Virus record (IMG/VR): IMGVR_UViG_3300021255_005861
Coordinates: 96,001-160,000 of that record
Strand: one strand, 5' to 3'
Origin: a virus
Lineage: Duplodnaviria > Caudoviricetes
Length of the DNA stretch: 64,000 nt
Part shown: positions 56,492 to 64,000 of the stretch, piece by piece
How the letters are laid out: each line of letters opens with the position of its first letter
Position numbering within the stretch: position 1 is the stretch's first letter
Position numbers and translations under genes: made by a program
The notes under the pieces: model-generated
What the model was told of the DNA's origin: nothing
The model's input: only the letters and a program-made list of their open reading frames with translations
Databases searched by the model: none

Positions 56492-56573
56492 AGGAGCACT
56501 ACCTTGGGCGTGACTCATAACCACGGCTGTAAATCCAGGGCGGTACAGAGAGGTTCGACTCCTCGTGCTCCTA
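56492..56573 (+). tRNA. Atypical tRNA-like RNA (CAT loop, no normal D-arm, long extra arm)
   Basis: aggagcac/gtgctcct stem, gagg-TTCGACT-cctc, cgtga-CTCATAA-ccacg. Confidence 0.55.
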
Positions 56574-56601
56574 TTACCACTTTTTTTGAAGGACTCCTCC
56601 C

Positions 56602-57075
56602 ATGGAAAACAACTACCGCGATCCCGACCTCGAGATAGACTACCACGACCTGCAGACGGCGGTCGCCCGCCAGTCCTCCCTCTTCGGCTACTACAGCGAA
56701 TTGGCAGTGGAGGCACGCGCCGCCCGCGACGAGGCCGTGAACAACCTGGATGCGGAAACGGCACGGACGGAACTTGATATCCGCAGGAACGCCGCGGCCA
56801 ACGGGGAGAAACTTACCGAGGCCAAGGTGTCCGCCCTCATCGACGCCGACCCGCACCTGGCCGAACTGAAGGCCGAGGTCGTGGTCAAGAACAAGGAGAT
56901 GATGCTCCGCGAGGGAAAGGTGCGTGCACTGGAGCACAAGCGGTGCATGATAGACAACGCCGTGAGGATGATGCTGTCCCGCTCTAACGGGATGAGCCTC
57001 GACGGGGTTACCGAGACCTGGTCGGAGGAGGAAGGGCGCAACGAGATCCGGCGCGGGCTGATGCACCGGGGCTAG
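56602..57075 (+). CDS. UvsY-like recombination mediator
   Basis: Helical, KLTEAKV..I..DP motif; sits before SSB and RecA. Confidence 0.65.
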   Translation: MENNYRDPDLEIDYHDLQTAVARQSSLFGYYSELAVEARAARDEAVNNLDAETARTELDIRRNAAANGEKLTEAKVSALIDADPHLAELKAEVVVKNKEMMLREGKVRALEHKRCMIDNAVRMMLSRSNGMSLDGVTETWSEEEGRNEIRRGLMHRG

Positions 57076-57273
57076 GGAAAGTTCTCTGTGGGGTGGGGTT
57101 CGGCGGATGGAGTGTTTTCGCCGAACCCCGTTTCCGTCTAAAGTGCCAAAATCTGTCATTTTCAGCATTTTGCCCACTTGCTATATTGTATTTGGCTTCG
57201 GGGGCGATACCATCCCCAAGCGACGTGATAAACCGAAAAACCGATAAAACGAATAAAACAAGGAAAGAACACT

Positions 57274-58401
57274 ATGGCAGGATTTGACCGCAGCAAGTTC
57301 AACCTGGGCAGGCGCACCCAGCAGCAGACCGACACTATGGACGAGAAGGGGGGAGGTGGTTCCAACCGCCCGCGCTTCATGGACTACAGCACCACGAAGC
57401 TCAAGTTCTTCAAGCTGGGCAAGGTCGGCGACTACCACGACATCAACATTCTTCCGTGGACCATCGCCACGAAGAACCACCCGGACGTCATCCGCACTAA
57501 GGACCTCCCCGAGTTCCTCAAGGACGGCACGCGCAACCCGGACAAGGTGTGCGTGGGAGACCCGGACTACGTGCTCGACGTGAAGGTGCATACCCGCATC
57601 GGACCCGACGAGGGCGACTACCTGTGCCTCAAGGAGAATTTCGGCAAGCCCTGCCCCATCTGCGACCTCGTCAAGGAACTCTACGACAAGGGCGACAAGG
57701 ATTCCAAGGCGCAGGCCGGCGCCCTCCGCGCCAAGCGCAAGTGCGTCTATCTCGTCCAGGAACTGGACAGCAAGATGCGCCCCGTGAGCGAGGGGCCCGA
57801 GATCTTCGAGGTGTCGCACTTCAACTTCAGCAAGGAACTGCAGAGCCGTGCCACCACATGCATGCGTGGCGAGGGCGTGGTCAACTTCGCCAACCTCGAC
57901 GACGAGGGACGTATCGTGTCCTTCGTGGTGGGCGAGGGTACGCTGGAGGGGGGCAAGACCTACAAGAAGGCCTCCGACCTCTCCTTCAACGTCCGCAAGG
58001 AGGAAATCTCGGACGAGATCCTCGAGAAGTGCCCGAGCCTGGATGCCCTTATGGTCATCCCGACCGCGGACAAGCTCCGCGCCGCCCTTAACGGCGACCC
58101 GGACGACGACGTCATCGAGCAAGGTGCGAACGTGGTCGACGAGACCCCGCGCCAGTCCCCGTCGCGCCGTAACCCGGAAGAGTCCCGCCGCAGGGAGGAA
58201 CCCGAGGAAGAACCCGCCCAGCGCCGTGCCGAGCCCGAACCCGAGGCCGAAGCCCCGGTGACCCGCAGGCGTGCCCCCGAGCCCGAGTCCGAGGACCAGT
58301 GCCCGAACGGATACGTGTGGGGCGAGGACAACGACACGAAGCCCCTCTGCTTCCGCTGCCCCGACGCCATCTTCGGCAAGTGCCAGCGTGCCAAGCACTA
58401 G
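57274..58401 (+). CDS. gp32-like single-stranded DNA-binding protein
   Basis: H...YLC....GKPCPIC; acidic tail. Confidence 0.75.
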   Translation: MAGFDRSKFNLGRRTQQQTDTMDEKGGGGSNRPRFMDYSTTKLKFFKLGKVGDYHDINILPWTIATKNHPDVIRTKDLPEFLKDGTRNPDKVCVGDPDYVLDVKVHTRIGPDEGDYLCLKENFGKPCPICDLVKELYDKGDKDSKAQAGALRAKRKCVYLVQELDSKMRPVSEGPEIFEVSHFNFSKELQSRATTCMRGEGVVNFANLDDEGRIVSFVVGEGTLEGGKTYKKASDLSFNVRKEEISDEILEKCPSLDALMVIPTADKLRAALNGDPDDDVIEQGANVVDETPRQSPSRRNPEESRRREEPEEEPAQRRAEPEPEAEAPVTRRRAPEPESEDQCPNGYVWGEDNDTKPLCFRCPDAIFGKCQRAKH

Positions 58402-58459
58402 ACGAACCTAACCCCGTGGGGGCGGGAAGTTCCCGTCCCCTTTTTTTGGAGATTTTATT

Positions 58460-59704
58460 ATGGCTAAGAAGATTGAAGAAACGCCCCGCATGAAGATGGG
58501 GTGCGACCTGCTTGATATCCTCGTAGGCGGCGACAAAGGAGTCTACGGCCTCCCGTTCGGCAGCATCTTGAACCTATACGGAGACAGCGCTTCAGGGAAG
58601 AGCCTCCTAAAGAACGAGATAATCGCCGCTAACTACTGGGCGCTCGGCGGGGAGAAGGGCGATCTGGTTTGGGAGTCCGACGACTGCGAGTCCGGCGACA
58701 CGTTCGACACCACCCGCCTCTACGGATTCGACATCCACCCGGCGGAGCGCCGGATCGGAACGAAGCGCGTGGAGGACTCGGGTACCGTGGAGGAACTGGA
58801 CGCCAAGGTGTCCCTGATGATTGAGGCCATGCCCGAGGGGAAGTTCGGCATCTACGCCGTGGACTCTATCGACGGCCTCTCCGACGCCACCCGCGAGGCG
58901 ATGGAGACCGGGCGCATGAACCAGCTCAAGGCGGGCAAGGACGTGCAGGATCCGGGGGATTACGGAGCGCAGATTGCCAAGTTCCTCTCCCAGCAGTTCT
59001 TCCGCACGAAGCACAAGAAGCTGGAGGACGCCCAGATATCCCTCATCATCGTGTCCCAGGTACGCGAGAACATGGGTGCGGGAATGTATGCTCCCAAGAC
59101 CAAGACCGGCAACGGCAAGGCCCTGGAGTTCTACTGCCACACCCGCATCCAGCTCAAGACCGTGGCGAAGATAATGAAGAACGACCGCTGGGTGGGCTCG
59201 TACGTCAAGGCAACCACCATCAAGTCCAAGACCCCGAGGCCGTTCCGCGACGTGTTCTACACCGTCTACTTCGACTACGGCATCGACAACGTGGGCAGCA
59301 ACCTGGACTATTTGTTCGACCTGCGCAACTCCAAGGGCGAGCTCATCAAGTCCTCCTGCGAGCACATCGCGTGGAGCGCGGATGCCAAGTCCAAGGACCT
59401 GACCACGCTCAAGGAGTGGCTGGAGCAGAACGGGTGGACGGGCGACTGCAAGGCGGACAGGAAGGCCGAGGAGGGCTCCAACGCCCTCTCCGTGGACTGG
59501 ATCCTCCGCTGGGCATCCTCCGACCCGGACCGCAAGTCCTCCTTCGAGGGCTACTTCGGGCAGGAGTACACCCGCGAGGAACTCGTCCGCATGTGCGACT
59601 CGGACAAGGAGATGGCCGCGGAGCTTACCCGTCGCGTCCGCCAGAAGTGGGAGGCGGCGGAAGACGCCGTGGCAACGGGCAGGCCTTCCAAGTACGGGAA
59701 CTAG
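58460..59704 (+). CDS. RecA/UvsX-like recombinase
   Basis: GDSASGKS, VDS, SQVREN, GKALEFY. Confidence 0.88.
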   Translation: MAKKIEETPRMKMGCDLLDILVGGDKGVYGLPFGSILNLYGDSASGKSLLKNEIIAANYWALGGEKGDLVWESDDCESGDTFDTTRLYGFDIHPAERRIGTKRVEDSGTVEELDAKVSLMIEAMPEGKFGIYAVDSIDGLSDATREAMETGRMNQLKAGKDVQDPGDYGAQIAKFLSQQFFRTKHKKLEDAQISLIIVSQVRENMGAGMYAPKTKTGNGKALEFYCHTRIQLKTVAKIMKNDRWVGSYVKATTIKSKTPRPFRDVFYTVYFDYGIDNVGSNLDYLFDLRNSKGELIKSSCEHIAWSADAKSKDLTTLKEWLEQNGWTGDCKADRKAEEGSNALSVDWILRWASSDPDRKSSFEGYFGQEYTREELVRMCDSDKEMAAELTRRVRQKWEAAEDAVATGRPSKYGN

Positions 59705-59727
59705 GTACATCCGCTATAACGTAGAAC

Positions 59728-59907
59728 ATGGATATCCTGAATCTCTGGAAGAAACTCAACTACGTCGTCAAGTCGTCCGACCCGCAGGCAACCGCGTGCC
59801 GGATGCTGAACGACGGGAGGATAACGGACGAGGAGGCGGCGTGGTGTATATCCGCGCTCGCGTATCTCCCCGTTGCCATGTACGAGGTGCTGGAGAGGAA
59901 TAAATAG
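59728..59907 (+). CDS. Small hypothetical protein
   Basis: 59-aa ORF after gctataac. Confidence 0.45.
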   Translation: MDILNLWKKLNYVVKSSDPQATACRMLNDGRITDEEAAWCISALAYLPVAMYEVLERNK

Positions 59908-60076
59908 AATCCTAGAAACGTAACTCCGTGAGCCATAACGATTAACGGCCTTGTCCTCGTGACGGGGCCGTTTTTCTTACATGGGATAAACAAAAAATAA
60001 CTTTGTATCCCGCATCCATCCCTCGGAAAATTTATTATATTATTCCTACTACAAGACACTCTAGAAACGGATAACG

Positions 60077-60802
60077 ATGCAACCCACAGACGAACTCTAC
60101 TACAAGTACTCCCGCGTAATTTCCTCGGTAGTCTACCACTACGCATTCAACTTTCCCAACCTCACGGACGAACTCTACCTCCAGGCCAACTACGTGTTCT
60201 GCAAGGCCTGCCTCTCGTACAACCCGGACAACCCCGAGGGGGCGTCCTTTGAGACGTGGCTGCGCAGGCAACTCCAGTCCATCGTGGGCGTCTGCCGCAA
60301 GGCGATGTCCGGGCCCACCACCGACAGGGTCGGTACGGCCCCCGCCCTCCCCGAATCCCAGTTCATTCCCGACAAGGACGGGGACATCCCCGACATCTCC
60401 AGCGTGGCCACCCGCGACAGCGTGGCAGGGTACGGGGACAGCCTCGCGATGGATACCGAGATGGACACGGGCATGGACCCCTACATCTCCGCCCTCACCC
60501 CAGACGCCTACAGGGTGTTCGAGGATTTCCTGGACGGGACGCTCTCCCTCAAGGACACCGACTCAAAGGACGGGAAGGTCACGTATTCCCGCGCCATGCG
60601 CTTCAAGCGCGCCCTCCTCGACCCCAAGAAGATATACAAGCGCCACTACGAGGCGCAGGGATGGAGCCTCGACAGGGCCACCAGGGCGTTTAATGAACTC
60701 AAGGCGATGCTCCGTAACTACAGGAAGGGCAGGCTCCCGAACCGGGTCCTCCGCCCCACCCAGCAGAGCTTTTTCGAACTTTGTTCCGCCGAATCTACAT
60801 AA
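60077..60802 (+). CDS. Sigma70-like factor
   Basis: Region 2-like DELY..A..F.KA..YNP...ASFETW. Confidence 0.65.
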   Translation: MQPTDELYYKYSRVISSVVYHYAFNFPNLTDELYLQANYVFCKACLSYNPDNPEGASFETWLRRQLQSIVGVCRKAMSGPTTDRVGTAPALPESQFIPDKDGDIPDISSVATRDSVAGYGDSLAMDTEMDTGMDPYISALTPDAYRVFEDFLDGTLSLKDTDSKDGKVTYSRAMRFKRALLDPKKIYKRHYEAQGWSLDRATRAFNELKAMLRNYRKGRLPNRVLRPTQQSFFELCSAEST

Positions 60803-60838
60803 TTTATGTATATTTATTGCTAGAGGAGACCCATCTTT

Positions 60839-61120
60839 ATGGAATCTTTTGTAGCAGTAATTACGAATTTGTCTAGCGTCATCGGCGTCCCCGCGTCCCT
60901 ATGCCTTGCGTGGGCGGCCTTCATTATACGTGACCAAGGAAAACGGTTAGCAACTTTGGAGGCAGACATGAAGGGAATGGAAGATAAGTTTACCATCGCC
61001 TTGAAGGAAATGGATAGTCGCCGAAACGACGAATTATCGAAGTTGTACGACAAAATCAATGGCATCGCTCAAGACGTATCCTATATCAAGGGTAGGATAG
61101 ACAAGGAAGACGCGAAGTGA
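60839..61120 (+). CDS. Single-TM coiled-coil protein (holin-like)
   Basis: N-terminal TM segment; DVSYIKGR tail. Confidence 0.5.
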   Translation: MESFVAVITNLSSVIGVPASLCLAWAAFIIRDQGKRLATLEADMKGMEDKFTIALKEMDSRRNDELSKLYDKINGIAQDVSYIKGRIDKEDAK

Positions 61121-61127
61121 GAACGCC

Positions 61128-61589
61128 ATGATAGTCAAGAATATAACCATAAGTACCGACTGCCTGAAAGTGACCCCGATAGGGGACAGGCTGTACCGGC
61201 TGGCCGAGGACACTACCCTCTGCATATATACGGACGTCGGCCTGCTCCGCTTCGAGATGTTCAAGGGGCTCGTGTCCAACTTCCGTTCCGGTGGTGTCCT
61301 GGTGGACGGGTTCATCGACCAGGTCGGGGACGAGAAGAAGAGCCTCTGCTACCTTTTCCATGATCTCTGCTATACCCCTAGTGTCCAGTGCGGCCTGGAG
61401 CATCCCGTTACCCGCAAGTTCGCCGACCAGTTGCTCAGGGCTGGCCTCCTATGGGCTGGAATGGGTTCGTTCAAGGCGGCCCTGGTCTACAACTCTGTAC
61501 GGTTGTTCGGGCAAAGCGCGTACGAGGAGGATGACGCCCTCACGAGCACCAATTCCAGGCTGTTCACGTTCCACTGGCTCGTCGGATAG
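61128..61589 (+). CDS. DUF1353-like protein
   Basis: HDLCY, RKFAD, VYNSVRLFG. Confidence 0.65.
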   Translation: MIVKNITISTDCLKVTPIGDRLYRLAEDTTLCIYTDVGLLRFEMFKGLVSNFRSGGVLVDGFIDQVGDEKKSLCYLFHDLCYTPSVQCGLEHPVTRKFADQLLRAGLLWAGMGSFKAALVYNSVRLFGQSAYEEDDALTSTNSRLFTFHWLVG

Positions 61590-61678
61590 ATTTAGACAGA
61601 ATCATTATAGCACTACAACAATATAAAAATATCAAAAAATACTTGACTTTCAAATAGTTTTTGTATATATTTATCACT

Positions 61679-62284
61679 GTGAAAGCAAAAGAAGTATTAA
61701 AGATTTTACAAGTATCCCGTCAAACTTTAACGACTTATGTTAAAAACGGCTCTCTTATAGTCCAAAAGAAGTCTAACGGTTATTATGACTATGACGAGGA
61801 CAGCGTACTAAAGAAGGCGGGTATCACCCCGGAACGAAAGGTTGTAGTCTATGCACGGGTATCAACGCAAAAGCAGAAAGCGGATCTTCAAAACCAGATA
61901 GACACAATTACCAAGTATGCAAACAATAACGGGTATTCCGTTTCCAAGGTATATTCGGATATCGCTAGCGGCATTTCCTATGACCGCGGACAATTTATTG
62001 AATTACTGAATGATATAATTGCACGTAAGATAAAGACCGTATTCGTAGAGAACAAGGATAGGCTTACCCGTGTATCGTTCAATATGTGGAAGGACTTGTT
62101 CAAGCAGTTCGGATGCGACCTTGTAGCGATAAACGATGTCGTGAACCCTAAGACGGAAGAAGCCGAGATATTTTCGGACATTATCTCCCTCTTGCATTGC
62201 TTTGCCATGAAGATGTATTCCCAGCGTAGAAAGAACAAGCTGCGCATAGTCAAGGAAGACCTAGAAAATGAGATTAGTCTATAG
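61679..62284 (+). CDS. tnpA: IS607 serine recombinase transposase
   Basis: HTH, YARVST, ENKDRLTR. Confidence 0.92.
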   Translation: MKAKEVLKILQVSRQTLTTYVKNGSLIVQKKSNGYYDYDEDSVLKKAGITPERKVVVYARVSTQKQKADLQNQIDTITKYANNNGYSVSKVYSDIASGISYDRGQFIELLNDIIARKIKTVFVENKDRLTRVSFNMWKDLFKQFGCDLVAINDVVNPKTEEAEIFSDIISLLHCFAMKMYSQRRKNKLRIVKEDLENEISL

Positions 62285-63539
62285 TTTCAACTGCTCCGAA
62301 CACATGGAGGAACTGCTTAGGTTGTGCAGGGTGTCGAAAGACCTGTACAACCAGGCTCTCTATACGTGTATGCAGGCTATGAAACAGGACGAACCCCAGT
62401 TCCTTAACTACTATGACCTAAACAAGATCTTGCAGAACACGTATAATCTTGAAGGGGCTATCAACTATCGCCTGTTAAAAGCGCAGGTATCGCAGCAGAC
62501 GCTCAAGCTGGTAGCAAATGCTATGAAGTCCTATTTCAGGGCTATAATGGACTACAAGGAGCATCCGGACAAGTATACGGGGCAACCAAAGATGCCTAAC
62601 TATCTTCCCCGTAATGGATACTTCCTGCTCACGTATCCCAACCAGAGCTGCTCCATACGGAACGGATACATCGTGTTGTCCAAGAACCTTAAACTTCGTA
62701 TCCCGCAATTCCATAAGTATGAGGGAGCATTATCTTTGTTCCAGCAGGTTCGCATTATCCCGAAGAAAACCCACATGAAGGTGGAGATAGTCTATGAGCG
62801 TGAGGAAAGGGTTTCAACGTTGGATGCAAACAGATATGCTAGCATCGACCTCGGGCTGAATAACCTGGTTACCATGGTAACGGATTTTTCCGAGCCAGTT
62901 ATCTATAACGGAAAGCCTATAAAGGCACTAAACAGACAATTTAACAAGTCCTTGGCAAAATACAAGTCATTAGTGGAGAAGAACAATGGCAAGAAGAGTA
63001 GTAAGCGGATAGACCGCATCTATACTAAAAGAAATAACCATATGGACGACCTTATGCATAAGGTGTCGCGACATATCGTGGATACGCTAGAACGGAACAA
63101 TGTAGGAACTCTTGTCTGTGGACGCAACAAGGGATGGAAAGACTCCATTGACTTGGGCAGGAGGAACAACCAGCAGTTCGTTCAGATACCCCACGAGAGA
63201 CTCATATCCATGCTGCGGTACAAGTGCGAGATGTCCGGAATACGGCTGATAGAGAACGAGGAATCCTACACGAGCAAGTGCGATGCCCTTGCCCTGGAGC
63301 CCGTCTGCAAGCACGAAACCTATATGGGCAAACGTGTCCGCAGGGGGATGTTCCAGAGCAGTACCGGTAGGATATTGAATGCGGATGTGAACGGGGCGTT
63401 GAACATCTTGAGAAAAGTAGTCGGCGATTCCTGCGTGAGCGGGATAGCCGATAGTGGCCGCTTGTTCCGGCCTAGGAAGTTGGACAATCCATATTGTTTG
63501 AGTTCCGGAATAGTTTTTAACAATTTTAATGGAAACTAG
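62268..63539 (+). CDS. tnpB: IS607 TnpB (rearranged RuvC-II)
   Basis: SIDLGLNN, LVCGRN.GWK, EESYTSK, NADVNGALNI. Confidence 0.9.
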   Translation: MRLVYSFNCSEHMEELLRLCRVSKDLYNQALYTCMQAMKQDEPQFLNYYDLNKILQNTYNLEGAINYRLLKAQVSQQTLKLVANAMKSYFRAIMDYKEHPDKYTGQPKMPNYLPRNGYFLLTYPNQSCSIRNGYIVLSKNLKLRIPQFHKYEGALSLFQQVRIIPKKTHMKVEIVYEREERVSTLDANRYASIDLGLNNLVTMVTDFSEPVIYNGKPIKALNRQFNKSLAKYKSLVEKNNGKKSSKRIDRIYTKRNNHMDDLMHKVSRHIVDTLERNNVGTLVCGRNKGWKDSIDLGRRNNQQFVQIPHERLISMLRYKCEMSGIRLIENEESYTSKCDALALEPVCKHETYMGKRVRRGMFQSSTGRILNADVNGALNILRKVVGDSCVSGIADSGRLFRPRKLDNPYCLSSGIVFNNFNGN

Positions 63540-63682
63540 AACATTGATAATTCTGCTAGTTTTGTCTATATTGATAAATATATACCTCGCATTGCGGATA
63601 GCAGCACTGCGGGACATGTTGCACTTTATGGACGCAAAGATTCGAGAATTCGAACTGCGTCTCGCACCGAAAGGAGTACCCA

Positions 63683-63961
63683 ATGAACATTACAGAACTG
63701 CGCAACCTCGTAGCAGCCCGCAGGGCGGAACGCCTCGGCAAGCAGGCCCCGAAGGCCGAGCCGGTCAAGGAAGAGCCTAAGGCTGAAGTCCCCGTGGTGG
63801 AGGAAGCCCCGAAGGCGGAACCCGTGGCTGAAGAGCCCCGGGAAACCCCCACGGCGGAATCCGCTCCCGTAGAGGAGGTCCCGGCGGAAGAACCCGTCGC
63901 CGAGGAGAAGCTCTCCAAGAAGGCTTCCAAGAAGTCCGCCAAGAAGGGAAAGAAGGACTAG
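63683..63961 (+). CDS. Glu/Pro/Ala-rich low-complexity protein
   Basis: RBS AAGGAG; KAEPVxEE repeats. Confidence 0.65.
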   Translation: MNITELRNLVAARRAERLGKQAPKAEPVKEEPKAEVPVVEEAPKAEPVAEEPRETPTAESAPVEEVPAEEPVAEEKLSKKASKKSAKKGKKD

Positions 63962-64000
63962 CCCGATGGCCAAGAAGAATTCCGACGAAATCGTCATCCG

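Larger units (their letters stand above)
61612..63542 (+). mobile_element. IS607-family element (tnpA + tnpB); ends approximate
   Basis: Overlapping tnpA/tnpB, AT-rich ends. Confidence 0.82.

Noticed and set aside
57094-57128. Hairpin with a 13-nt loop as a fifth leader pseudoknot
   Set aside because: No convincing upstream strand complementary to the loop; probably a terminator or processing stem.
52600-59710. Long antisense ORFs such as 52600-54282, 57181-58398 and 58607-59710
   Set aside because: They are shadows of GC3-rich sense genes with clear functions.
1-64000. CRISPR array, reverse transcriptase/DGR, rRNA
   Set aside because: I saw no regularly spaced repeats, RT motifs or rRNA signatures by eye.

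Overview
A 64-kb segment of a large, GC-rich (roughly 55-60% in core genes) tailed-phage genome read in the standard genetic code. It starts inside a tail-fibre gene. It carries a full replication/recombination set: DnaG-type primase, DnaB helicase, SNF2 helicase, family A polymerase with an N-terminal UDG-like domain, two beta-clamp-like proteins, a DnaX-like clamp loader, gp32-like SSB, UvsY-like and RecA-like proteins, and a sigma-like factor. It also has two amidases, RtcB, eight tRNA or tRNA-like genes, three inteins, six DNA methyltransferase loci and seven RNA-guided nuclease elements (six TnpB, one IscB). Best candidates for undescribed biology: (1) a C5 methyltransferase split into N- and C-terminal genes with at least nine free-standing 50-65 aa target-recognition (TRD-like) microgenes, some frameshifted at C/G homopolymers; (2) a leader-peptide attenuator whose codons match the six downstream phage tRNAs; (3) a covarying 5'-leader pseudoknot found four times; (4) a shared N-terminal KI[KRH]V[NH]E tag on unrelated proteins that resembles a capsid-targeting sequence. 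All calls come from motif reading and hand alignment; no database search was run, and the host is not determined.
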